The translations under genes were made by a program, and so were the position numbers. A DNA stretch of 32,000 nt. Source: Mycobacterium leprae TN. GTDB lineage: Bacteria > Actinomycetota > Actinomycetes > Mycobacteriales > Mycobacteriaceae. Shown in pieces: positions 8,833 to 18,379 of the stretch; the first letter of the stretch is position 1; each line of letters starts with the position of its first letter. The notes under the pieces were generated by a model, which was not told where the DNA came from, made no database searches, and was given only the letters and a program-made list of their open reading frames with translations. The stretch lies in the NCBI RefSeq assembly GCF_000195855.1, contig NC_002677.1, positions 3,120,001-3,152,000 on the forward strand, read 5' to 3'.

Positions 8833-11700
8833 TCAGAGTCGTCCCTCGCGGCGCAGCAGATCCTGCGCACTAATACCACCACCGGTGGCGCGGCGGTGCT
8901 GGCGCGAATTATCGCCTTGTCCTAGGGCGTTTAACTTCTCGGTGGCAACTTCGGAATCGTTGTCCTGTGGCCGCATGATCGGCAGAGCTGTTGTGGGTTC
9001 GGCTGTCTCGCTCGCATTGTCGCTGGAGCGGTTCGCCGGAACCGGCATGGCCCGCGTCTGACCGGAGGCCGGTGACGGGGTTGGTAACGGATGTCGCGTT
9101 GCAGCGAGCGGTACGGCTTGCACGCCTTGGCTGCTGGACACCGCTGCAGTGGTCGGGGCGTTGCCAGGTACCGACAGACGGGTCGTTGTCGCTTCCACCG
9201 ACTGGCTCGGCCTCATCTGTATCCGCGCGGTGCTTGCGCCAGAAGGCAGTTCCTGAGGCCGTTTGATCTGCGGCCGGCTCGCCAGGCCTGAACGTGCCCG
9301 CTGCGACGGCTCCAGCGTGGCGGGGTGAGTAGGGCCACGCGGTACTCGCGACGCTGGAGCGGCTAGGCTAGCCGCTGTGACCGGAGGCCGAACGGGACGC
9401 CCGCTGACAGTCGGCCGCCTGCGCTCGTCAGGCAGGTGAATTTCGCCCAGCCCTATGCGGTTCTGCAGGAGCCGAGCCCAGCGAGGAGCCCACCAACAGT
9501 CGTCACCAAGCAGTTTCATTACCGACGGCACTAAGAACATACGCACTACGGTCGCGTCCAGCAACAGCGCTGCCATCAGCCCGAAGGCCAGGTACTTCAT
9601 CATTACCAGGTCAGAGAATACGAACGAACCGGCGACCACGGCAAGGACCAGCGCTGCCGCGGTGATGAGCCGGCCGGTGGACGCGGTGCCGATCCGGACG
9701 GCCTCCTGGGTCGACATGCTTTCTGCGCGCGCCTCCACCATTCGGGATACTAGGAACACCTCGTAGTCGGTTGCCAAGCCATAGCCGACCGCAACGACGA
9801 GAGCGATGATCACCACCATCAACGGTGTCGGCGTGAAGTTCAGCCATTTGGATAAGTGCCCGTCGACGAAGATCCACGTCAGGATGCCCATCGTGGACCC
9901 AAGTGTGAGTGCGCTCATCACCGCGGCTTTGATCGGCAAGACGAACGACCCGAACGCTAAGAACATCAATAGCATTGTGGTGGTAATCAGCATAATGACC
10001 ATCAGCGGGGCCTGTGCAACCAGGCTGTGAATCGAATCCTGCTCGAGTGCCGGGGTGCCACCGACCGATACCGTGAGGCCTTTTGGTGGCGTGATGCTGC
10101 GTAGCTCGTTGATCTTCTTCGACGCGTCATTCGGATTGATCAAGCCATTCTGCAGGACCCTGACCGACGGATCCTTCGATGCGCCCGGCGCCACGGTGCG
10201 CTCTTGCCACATGTTCACGTAATTGTTGTCCGGCTCGATGAACCCGCTGATCGCCATCGCTTTGCTACGAATGTCAGCGATTTCCTGGTCCGTGACGGGC
10301 TGATGGTTGCTGGTCTGGATAACCAGCGTTAGCGGATTGGTGCGATACCCCGGGAAGAGCTGGTCGAAATGTTCCTGTGACTGCCGCACCGCGTTGTTGG
10401 GTGGCAGGTATTTTTCACTCATGCCGCCGAATGAGAGGTTGCCCAGCGGTATAACTAGCAGGATCATACCGATAACGATCGGTATGGCGAAAACTAGGGG
10501 CCGCTTCATCACGAAGTTGACGAGCTTGCCCCAGAAGCCAGCTTCGACTTCTTCGCGGGTCTTGGTCTTTTGCAGGCGGTCCGCGAGCCAGTTGAGACAG
10601 GCGTGCGACATCCTCCAGTTGCGTAGGAGAGGCACCCGGAACAGGGTCCGCACGCCGAGTGCGTCAACATGTTTGGCCAAGATTGCCAAGCATGCAGGCA
10701 GCAGCGTGATCGACAATAAAGCCGCAAGTGTCACCGCTGCGATAAGAGCATAGGTCAGCGACTTGACAAAGCCCTGCGGTAGCAGTAGCAGGCTAGCTCC
10801 CGATGCGGCAATAAGCACCGCTGAGAATGTCACCGTGCGCCCTGCCGTCATCACTGTGCGTCGCACCGCAGCTTCGGTATCGTAGCCTTCTGCTATCTCC
10901 TCGCGAAACCGGCTCACCACGAAGAGACCGTAGTCCACCGCGATGCCCAAGCCAATCAGCGAAACCACCGGTTGGGCAAAAAAGTGCACTGGTCCGAAGA
11001 GTGCGATGAAGCGCAGGATGCCTAGTGCACCCGCGATGCTCAGGCCACCCACCATAACTGGCAAGCAGGCTGCAATTACGCCGCCGAACACCAAAAACAA
11101 CACCACTGCCACCAGCGGCAGCGCCAGGACTTCCATCCGCCGTTGGTCGGTGGCGATGGTGCTGGTCAAGGCGTTGGCGATTGGGTCGAGGCCAGCGAGC
11201 TGGACGGTACCACCGTCCAGTTTTTGCAGGTCCGGAGCTATGGCTTTGTAGTTGTTGAGGATGGTGTCGTCGTCGTCCCCCTTAAGGGGTATGGACACAA
11301 ACGTGTACTTTTTGTCCGGGGTGGCCATGCCCTGAACAACCGTGTTGGTCGTATCGGATGCGCGCAAGTAGCCGGCCCATCCCGTCACCTTATTGGAGTT
11401 GTTTCGCTGGAACTGGTTAAGTTCATCGGTGATCTTCTTCGCCCATGCCGGGTCATTGACGGTTTTGCCGTCGGGCGCATGGAAGATCGCCACGATGTGG
11501 CCGCTTCGGTCCCGGCCATAGACCTGGTCACCAAGGATTGAGGCTTTCACCGACTGACTACTGTCGTCGTAGAAACCACTCTGCGTGACGTGCTTACCTA
11601 GGCTCAGCCCGAAAACTCCGCCGCACAGGCACAGAGCGACCGTGATCCCGATTACGATGAATCGGTAGCGGTACACAGTTCGACCCCACCAGGCGAACAC
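8833..11700 (-). CDS. mmpL3: Trehalose monomycolate exporter MmpL3
   Basis: 955-aa ORF. The GTG at 11700 is preceded by AAGGAG 6 nt upstream. MFAWWGRTVYRYRFIVIGITVALCL..., GIAVDYGLFVVSRFREEIAEGYDTEAAVRRTVMTAGRTV, TDYEVFLVSRMVEAR and the terminal GGGISAQDLLRREGRL are near-identical to the remembered Rv0206c. Confidence 0.97.
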   Translation of the reverse strand: MFAWWGRTVYRYRFIVIGITVALCLCGGVFGLSLGKHVTQSGFYDDSSQSVKASILGDQVYGRDRSGHIVAIFHAPDGKTVNDPAWAKKITDELNQFQRNNSNKVTGWAGYLRASDTTNTVVQGMATPDKKYTFVSIPLKGDDDDTILNNYKAIAPDLQKLDGGTVQLAGLDPIANALTSTIATDQRRMEVLALPLVAVVLFLVFGGVIAACLPVMVGGLSIAGALGILRFIALFGPVHFFAQPVVSLIGLGIAVDYGLFVVSRFREEIAEGYDTEAAVRRTVMTAGRTVTFSAVLIAASGASLLLLPQGFVKSLTYALIAAVTLAALLSITLLPACLAILAKHVDALGVRTLFRVPLLRNWRMSHACLNWLADRLQKTKTREEVEAGFWGKLVNFVMKRPLVFAIPIVIGMILLVIPLGNLSFGGMSEKYLPPNNAVRQSQEHFDQLFPGYRTNPLTLVIQTSNHQPVTDQEIADIRSKAMAISGFIEPDNNYVNMWQERTVAPGASKDPSVRVLQNGLINPNDASKKINELRSITPPKGLTVSVGGTPALEQDSIHSLVAQAPLMVIMLITTTMLLMFLAFGSFVLPIKAAVMSALTLGSTMGILTWIFVDGHLSKWLNFTPTPLMVVIIALVVAVGYGLATDYEVFLVSRMVEARAESMSTQEAVRIGTASTGRLITAAALVLAVVAGSFVFSDLVMMKYLAFGLMAALLLDATVVRMFLVPSVMKLLGDDCWWAPRWARLLQNRIGLGEIHLPDERRRPTVSGRPVRPPVTAASLAAPASRVPRGPTHPATLEPSQRARSGLASRPQIKRPQELPSGASTARIQMRPSQSVEATTTRLSVPGNAPTTAAVSSSQGVQAVPLAATRHPLPTPSPASGQTRAMPVPANRSSDNASETAEPTTALPIMRPQDNDSEVATEKLNALGQGDNSRQHRRATGGGISAQDLLRREGRL

Positions 11701-11779
11701 GTAAGCTCCTTACTGGATCTGTAGCGACCCGCGCAGTGCCTTTTCGGTTTTTCAACGCGCCAGTGTCACACACTCGAGT

Positions 11780-12499
11780 TTAATAACGCAGCCATCGGCC
11801 GGGAAATGGCGCGCACCACTCCCCTTGTGCAGGCAGCGAATCTAGGCTGATTCGCGGCAATGACTCTCGGAAAACACCCGCGATGTCCTCCAGGTCGGCG
11901 AACTCTAAGATAGCCGACGCTAGCGCCCAACTAGTGTGTTCACGAAATCCGATCATTTGAACATCGATTACGGCGTGCGCGGTTCTTTCCAGTGTTTGGC
12001 GTAACGCTTGACTGTACGCGGAGACCACCACCTGCACTGCCAGCCCTTCGTTGTACCGCCCCTTGATACGGCCCAGCATGTGGCTGTCTTCGTCAATTTT
12101 CGGCTTGACGAAAATTACAAATTCCACGTTACGTAGCGTGTCCACCCAAAGCCGAACCACGTCGGCGCTGGCCTGCGCTATGTTGGTGAACATAGTGCCC
12201 TTCAGTCCGATCGTGCTGTCTGGATAGCCGACCGCGACTTCTGTATTACAGGTGAATAGCCAGCGACCTAGCGCATCGAAACACGGACGTTCCAGGGCGT
12301 TCCGGTGGTGGTGGTCCACAATGGCGTCCAAGCCCATATCGAGGTTGGGCGCATCCCATATCAGCATCACACACCTGGCTGGGGGGGCGAAGCTAGCCCG
12401 AGCCTCGACGCAGTTGCCGGATCGTGCCGTCGGTGCAGGCGGCTCCGGTGTTTCCAGGACCGCCGCAACGGTTGCTTCTTCGGTCACTGGGATAGTCAT
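11780..12499 (-). CDS. Conserved hypothetical protein (Rv0207c-like; tentatively NYN/LabA-like nuclease fold)
   Basis: The track ORF 11780..12574 begins at a TTG inside the repeat array. The ATG at 12499-12497 (MTIPVTEE...) gives 239 aa, close to the roughly 242 aa I recall for Rv0207c. VMLIWDAPNLDMGL resembles the N-terminal NYN strand and acidic motif. The fold call is from memory and is not verified. Confidence 0.65.
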   Translation of the reverse strand: MTIPVTEEATVAAVLETPEPPAPTARSGNCVEARASFAPPARCVMLIWDAPNLDMGLDAIVDHHHRNALERPCFDALGRWLFTCNTEVAVGYPDSTIGLKGTMFTNIAQASADVVRLWVDTLRNVEFVIFVKPKIDEDSHMLGRIKGRYNEGLAVQVVVSAYSQALRQTLERTAHAVIDVQMIGFREHTSWALASAILEFADLEDIAGVFRESLPRISLDSLPAQGEWCAPFPGRWLRY

Positions 12500-12510
12500 C
12501 GGTTTATCAA

Positions 12511-12610
12511 GATCGATTGCATTGCTTTCGAGATCAATTTCGAGTTTTCGGCAAATCAACTTCACTTTTTGCAAATCAACTGCGTTTTTTCCAAATCAAC
12601 TCGGTAACGA
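12511..12610. repeat. Five phased 20-bp units; three carry the exact core CAAATCAACT
   Basis: CAAATCAACT occurs at 12552-12561, 12572-12581 and 12592-12601, exactly 20 bp apart. The units at 12551-12570 and 12571-12590 share 17 of 20 positions. Degenerate copies lie at 12511-12530 (gatcgattgcattgctttcg) and 12531-12550 (agatcaatttcgagttttcg). Confidence 0.8.
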
Positions 12611-13415
12611 CGTTGCCGGCATGCTGCGCTTTCGTTTCGTACTTGGTGGTTGGGCGAACGGTTGAAATTGGCAGCTGGGTTCTGCCATCAGCACGACTCA
12701 GCAGTGGCTCGCCGTCGCCGAATTTGGCGATTTGTTTTGCGTAGTCGGGGTGGTCCGTCGCGGTGTGCAGGACCCCACCGGGGAGTAGCCGGTCAGCGAT
12801 CAGTTCAACCGTGGCCGGTTGTAGGAACCTGCGTTTGTGGTGGCGAACCTTCGGCCATGGATCGGGAAAAAAGACACGAACACCGGTCAGCGACCTTGGT
12901 GCGATAAGGTACTGCAGCACGTAGAGCGCGTTCCCATGAATCATACGGATGTTGTGCACCTGGTCTCGGTCGATCGCGCACAACAGCTGCGCCAATCCGC
13001 GACGGTAAACTTCTACTGCGATCACATCGATGTCGGGTTCGTGCTGCGCCATGGCCAGCGTTGCAGTGCCGCTGCCGCAGCCGACCTCGAGTACCACTAA
13101 GGTGGAACGCCCGAACCACGCTCCGGTGTCTAGCCGCTCGGCGCTGCGGGTTTGGGACACCGCCGAAATGCCTATTTCCGGCCACAACCGCTCCCAGGTC
13201 TGCCGCTGGGCGTGTGATAAGGCGGAGCGTCGCTTACGAAAAGCAGTGGCTGGTAGATGGCGTGCCACACCACTTTGTTCGAAGCCAGGCTCAGAGTGGT
13301 TTGTCTCACGCGGCTCTAACGACGGGTGCGAGTCCGCTCCGCAGCTTGGGCTAGCTGGGTTCCGCGCCGTTACAAGCGTGTCGAGACGTAACCTCACCCC
13401 GGGTTGTTCATGCAT
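12576..13415 (-). CDS. trmB: tRNA (guanine46-N7)-methyltransferase TrmB
   Basis: 279-aa ORF with the SAM motif VLEVGCGSGTATLAMA and the TrmB signature RVFFPDPWPKVRHHKRRFLQP. It ends ELIWKKRS. Position and orientation match Rv0208c. The exact start is uncertain because the N-terminal region is not conserved. Confidence 0.9.
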   Translation of the reverse strand: MHEQPGVRLRLDTLVTARNPASPSCGADSHPSLEPRETNHSEPGFEQSGVARHLPATAFRKRRSALSHAQRQTWERLWPEIGISAVSQTRSAERLDTGAWFGRSTLVVLEVGCGSGTATLAMAQHEPDIDVIAVEVYRRGLAQLLCAIDRDQVHNIRMIHGNALYVLQYLIAPRSLTGVRVFFPDPWPKVRHHKRRFLQPATVELIADRLLPGGVLHTATDHPDYAKQIAKFGDGEPLLSRADGRTQLPISTVRPTTKYETKAQHAGNVVTELIWKKRS

Positions 13416-15256
13416 TTGTCCATGGTGGCGTATGAATCCTTAACGTAGCCGCCCCTGGCCCAGATTGATATCCAACAGTTGCTTTCAACTGGCAACGATA
13501 GCTCACATCTCGGCAACGGAGGTGCGACCATTCGGTAGTGTGTGATCGGCCTCCAGCAAACTAACCTAGCTGGGCGATGAAGCAGAATTTGCGACCTGAG
13601 AAGAAAAAACGGCAAGGGGTCAAGAGGATCGGGCTAATTGGTTCGGGCCAGCGGGGACGTGACAGAACGGGGGCACCAGATTTTTGTCGGCGCCCTGGCT
13701 GACGATCTTGCCGCCCATCTGTCGCGGGTGGCGCGCTGGCAGCGCTATAGCATCGGAAACCTCGGTTCGTTGAGCGAGCTGCATCGTTAATGCGGCTCGG
13801 ATATCGTCAAAGAATCGCTACGGTTCTGGTCTTGGGCTGCTGCGCCCGGTGGCGCTATAGAGTAGCGGTTATCAGCGCAGCTGACGAGACCCGGTCGCCC
13901 TGTTTGCGCCGCGGTGGCAGCGGCCCGAAGTTCATCAATTCATTAATCGCCGTGAGGTGGTACCAGTTAAACTTAACCATGGATAGCCAGCGTAACTGGT
14001 GTGGCAGCGTCGCTAAGCGAACGCTTGCCGCAGCACAAGTTCATCGAGTTGACCTACCAGGGGCACGGCGACGCTCCGCTGCCGCTGTTGTTTGTCGTTT
14101 CTGCAGTAGCTGAACTGGCGGAATCGGATTGTGTGCTGCTCAGGATGACGGACGACGGGCCTGATTTTCGGTGAACCACAGACCGACGATTTGGTAGATG
14201 CCGTGCTTGTGGACTCTCCTCGGGCGGACCAACACAATGGCGCGCTGGGCCATAGGCCAAAGCCTGGTGTGGGTATGGGGTGACTCGTCGCGTGCAGCAC
14301 GACCCTGCGGGAGCGGAGCCAATACTAAATCCGAGCCGGATCATTAGGTTGTGCGGTCTGATCCAGCAGGCTTGGGTCCAGTTGTCTGACTTTGCACGCG
14401 ATTGTTGTTCGTCGGCGTGCGGCTAGTTAAAAACACCGTATAATAGACATAATAGACGGTTTTATCGTTAATAAAAGCTTAATAAGAACACCGCCGGTTT
14501 ATCTCGGCGGTATATGGCCAGGTTCTGAAGCGTATACACGCGGCCAGGTCGTACAGATAAACGACGTTATCATAGTACACCCTCACCTCGCCAAGGTAGC
14601 TTAGGTGATGGGATGCCGTGTTGGTCCCGCTAGCCTTCGAAGTGTTGTCGGCGTTCGACGTCCCGGACCTGCTGCTGAAATTGCGGCGATAAGAAACTTT
14701 AGCGGATGATCTTGTTAGGTGCCGGATGTGGATTTAGGGGCGCCGTTGATCTTTGGATTGACTGGTGGCCGGTCTGGATTTGGGCTAGAGGCCGCATGGG
14801 TCAGTCCACGCTTGGTGGCCAGATTGGCTGTTAACCGTCGTGGTGGTCAACATCTGCGGTTTGTTACGTGACCGCGAGGTGATGGACTGACGGGTGGGCG
14901 ACGTAACGCCGGCGCTGCGAGTCACGGTGGAAGAGCTGGTTGCGACTCGGGTACTGGCCCGAGTCGGCGTTGAGCACCGCGCCGGCGTGTTCGGAATAAT
15001 GTCGGCAGCGCAAGCCGCGCTCGATGTTGTGCGTCCAGAATTGGGTGAGTTGCAAGCAGCAACAGCGGTTGGCGACAATTCCTAACGTTTTTCAGGCTGG
15101 CGAATCCTCGTTGTGAGGAGGCTTATACCTGCCCCGGCCTTCCGCAACAAGTTGGTCACGATAACCTGTACATCTGTACATAACGCGTTTGTGTTGGCAA
15201 ATACAGGCGAGTGCATCAACAACCACGAGAAGCCGACGAAATACGTAAATGAATTC

Positions 15257-15267
15257 AGGAGAGGGAG
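15257..15267 (+). promoter_or_regulatory. Shine-Dalgarno region of pckA
   Basis: AGGAGAGGGAG ends 6 nt before the ATG at 15274. Confidence 0.55.
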
Positions 15268-15273
15268 ACTTCG

Positions 15274-17103
15274 ATGACTTCAGCGACTATTCCCGGTCTG
15301 GATACCGCTCCAACAAACCACCAGAAGTTGCTGTCGTGGCTAGAGGAGGTCGCTGAACTGACACATCCTGCCCAGGTGGTTTTCGCTGACGGTTCCGACG
15401 AAGAATGGCAACAGCTCACCGAGCGACTGGTAGCGGCGGGCACCTTCAAGAAGCTGAACGATGAAAAACACCCCAACTCCTACCTGGCGCTGTCCGATCC
15501 CTCTGACGTGGCGCGGGTGGAGTCACGGACCTTTATCTGTTCCGAGCGTGAGATCGATGCCGGACCCACCAACAACTGGATGGACCCCGCTGAAATGCGG
15601 TCTACCATGACCGAGCTGTACCGCGGTTGCATGCGCGGCCGCACCATGTGGGTGGTGCCCTTCTGCATGGGTCCGCCGGGTGCTGAGGACCCGAAGTTGG
15701 GCGTGGAGATCACCGACTCCGAATACGTTGTTGCGTCGATGAAGGTTATGACTCGGATGGGCACATCCGCCCTAGAGAAGATCGGCGACGACGGGTTCTT
15801 CGTCAAGGCCCTGCATTCGGTGGGCGCCCCGCTACAGCCGGGTCAACAAGACATGCCGTGGCCGTGCAACGAAACCAAATACATCACCCATTTCCCGGAG
15901 ACCCGCGAGATCTGGAGCTACGGCTCCGGCTACGGCGGCAACGCACTGTTAGGGAAGAAGTGCTACTCGCTGCGAATCGCCTCGGCGATGGCCCACGACG
16001 AGGGCTGGCTTGCCGAGCACATGCTGATCCTTAAGCTCATTTCCCCGGAGAACAAGGCGTACTACTTCGCGGCGGCGTTCCCGTCGGCCTGCGGCAAGAC
16101 CAACCTCGCCATGCTGCAACCGACAATCCCGGGCTGGCGCGCTGAAACTCTCGGGGACGACATCGCCTGGATGCGATTCGGCAAGGACGGCCGACTGTAC
16201 GCGGTCAACCCCGAGTTCGGATTCTTCGGCGTCGCACCGGGCACCAACTGGAAGTCCAACCCGAACGCCATGCGCACCATCGCCGCGGGTAACACCGTCT
16301 TCACCAATGTCGCGCTCACCGACGACAACGACGTATGGTGGGAGGGCCTGGAAGGAGAGCCTGCGCATCTGATCGACTGGAAGGGCAACGACTGGTACGC
16401 TGGGAAGACGGAGACCCCCGCGGCACATTCGAATTCGCGCTACTGCACGCCGATGTCGCAGTGCCCGATCTTGGCGCCGGAATGGGACGATCCGCGGGGT
16501 GTGCCGATCTCAGTCATTCTGTTCGGCGCCCGCCGCAAGACTACAGTGCCGTTGGTAACGCAAGCTCGCAACTGGCAGCACGGCGTTTTCATGGGAGCCA
16601 CCATGGGTAGCGAACAGACCGCCGCAGCCGAAGGCAAGGTCGGTACGGTTCGGCGCGACCCGATGGCCATGTTGCCATTCATGGGCTACCACGTCGGCGA
16701 CTACTTTCAGCACTGGATCGATCTGGGCAAACACTCCGACGAATCCAATCTACCGAAGGTGTTCTTCGTCAACTGGTTCCGCCGCGGCGAAGGCGGCAAA
16801 TTCTTATGGCCGGGCTTCGGCGAGAACAGCCGGGTGTTGAAGTGGATCGTTGACCGCATCGAGCACAAGGCAGGCGGACAGGACACCCTGATCGGCATCG
16901 TGCCGACCGCCACGGACCTGGACCTGGACGGACTCGACATCAGCAGCGACGACGTTGCCAAGGCTCTCGCGGTCGACCCCGCCGAGTGGCGCAATGAACT
17001 GCCGTTGATTGAAGAGTGGTTCGAGTTCGTCGGCGACAAGTTGCCCTCTGGCATGCAGGATGAATTCGAAGCACTCAAGCAGCGGCTGGCAAAGGAGGAC
17101 TAA
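15274..17103 (+). CDS. pckA: GTP-dependent phosphoenolpyruvate carboxykinase
   Basis: 609-aa ORF with PEPCK-GTP signatures: [33 protein letters not shown], the kinase-1a motif [13 protein letters not shown] and [24 protein letters not shown]. Confidence 0.97.
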   Translation: MTSATIPGLDTAPTNHQKLLSWLEEVAELTHPAQVVFADGSDEEWQQLTERLVAAGTFKKLNDEKHPNSYLALSDPSDVARVESRTFICSEREIDAGPTNNWMDPAEMRSTMTELYRGCMRGRTMWVVPFCMGPPGAEDPKLGVEITDSEYVVASMKVMTRMGTSALEKIGDDGFFVKALHSVGAPLQPGQQDMPWPCNETKYITHFPETREIWSYGSGYGGNALLGKKCYSLRIASAMAHDEGWLAEHMLILKLISPENKAYYFAAAFPSACGKTNLAMLQPTIPGWRAETLGDDIAWMRFGKDGRLYAVNPEFGFFGVAPGTNWKSNPNAMRTIAAGNTVFTNVALTDDNDVWWEGLEGEPAHLIDWKGNDWYAGKTETPAAHSNSRYCTPMSQCPILAPEWDDPRGVPISVILFGARRKTTVPLVTQARNWQHGVFMGATMGSEQTAAAEGKVGTVRRDPMAMLPFMGYHVGDYFQHWIDLGKHSDESNLPKVFFVNWFRRGEGGKFLWPGFGENSRVLKWIVDRIEHKAGGQDTLIGIVPTATDLDLDGLDISSDDVAKALAVDPAEWRNELPLIEEWFEFVGDKLPSGMQDEFEALKQRLAKED

Positions 17104-17119
17104 CAGCCAATCGTGTATC

Positions 17120-17511
17120 GTCGCAACGACTTCGATAGGTATACTACACCCGATCCGGGGCCGGCTACCGAGTTGTCCAGATTCGAGAAAGCGCATCACT
17201 TCAGCGACAGGCAGCTGCAGTCGATTAGCCGGTCCTTGGACAGATGAGCTCAGTCGGCACGGGTTGGGTTATACGCTCATCCGACGGCTTCATCAGTGTG
17301 TCCACAACCTCGGCCGAGGCGCAAAGTCGACGTTGCGCACTGCCCGGGTGAACGCCAGGCGCCGCAGCATCTGTCGTGAGAATCGGTGTTGTCCGTCAGC
17401 CGTTCGGGTTGCGGTCATCAGGCCTTGATTCTCGTGAAACGAGATTGCCGACGCCGTGAATCCGCTGCAATTCGCTAACTTCCCGACGGTGAATCAGTCT
17501 GCGGTGGTCAT
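17120..17511 (-). pseudogene. MerR-family HTH regulator, inactivated
   Basis: The reverse frame from the ATG at 17511 reads MTTAD*FTVGKLANCSGFTASAISFHENQGLMTATRTADGQHRFSRQMLRRLAFTRAVRNVDFAPRP...*. This fits the MerR N-terminal pattern (yTvgeLA..sG.t...iRfYe..GLl.p.R...g.R.y). There is a TGA at codon 6 (17496-17494) and a second stop at codon 73. The lower boundary is approximate. Confidence 0.5.
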
Positions 17512-17689
17512 GTGGCCGCTCTAGAAATTAGGGATTGACTAATATGTTCCCTTTAACTGGCAGTACGTCTGTATGACCCAATCCAAGACCACCTGTCTGG
17601 TCACGATCGTAACCACCGCCGCGCGCAGGTTTGGCCGCGCGGCGACCGCGACATTACTCGTCCGATGCCGGGTCATTGTCGGCGATGCT

Positions 17690-18140
17690 AAGCCGTTCCG
17701 ACGATCTGGAAACAATGGCTCTACAACTGAATTTGACGTAGCTGATCGCTTGACCTGGCGACGTCACCGATGCGTAGCATCGTGACCCATTAGTCGCCAA
17801 GTGGAGAGTCTACTCCCACAAGACACCGAAAACCTTCTGGGTTACTCACGCAAAAGTGCTTGACGCGGCGGAGTTAGGTGTTCCCGACGAGGAAATAAAT
17901 CAACGTGTGATGGCGGCGGCGCAGGTCGTCGACTCGGATGGTGCCACCGACCAATTTGCCTATGAGCTACTGGCTTGACGTCCGGACCGCTTGACGAACT
18001 TCAAGTTCCTGCGATCCATTGTGCTAGAAACGCAGACGCTACGCATCGACAGTGGGAAGCTCCGCAAGAACGGTCTGGTCAAGAAATACTTGGGTGAAAC
18101 GATGCTCTGGTTGGTCGATATCGGTGGCGCAGTACTCTGA
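17690..18140 (+). pseudogene. Acyl-CoA synthetase (FadD-type, plausibly the fadD4 equivalent), C-terminal remnant
   Basis: A single frame reads ...IA*PGDVTDA*HRDPLVAKWRVYSHKTPKTFWVTHAKVLDAAELGVPDEEINQRVMAAAQVVDSDGATDQFAYELLA*RPDRLTNFKFLRSIVLETQTLRIDSGKLRKNGL.... This is the adenylate-forming C-terminal subdomain (TGD..., hp.V.daaV.GvPDe, P.t.sGK) with three in-frame stops and an internal deletion. There is no room for the N-terminal two thirds of the gene. Confidence 0.65.
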
Positions 18141-18379
18141 ACGTCACCCTGGTCGCTGGTGTTATCGTTGCCTTCGGCTCGGACACCGATATTCGCATTT
18201 TACAGGAACGAGACGAATACTTTACTTACACTGTGGCTTTCACCGTGGCCGAGGATTAATGTGCCGATCGTACAGCGATCATCGTCGAGTTGACGGTCTA
18301 CTTGGCCTTACAGGTGGTACCGGAGTTCACGCGCTGGCTGACCGACAGCGATTCTGCTCGCATACCCGGCCTACCGAAC

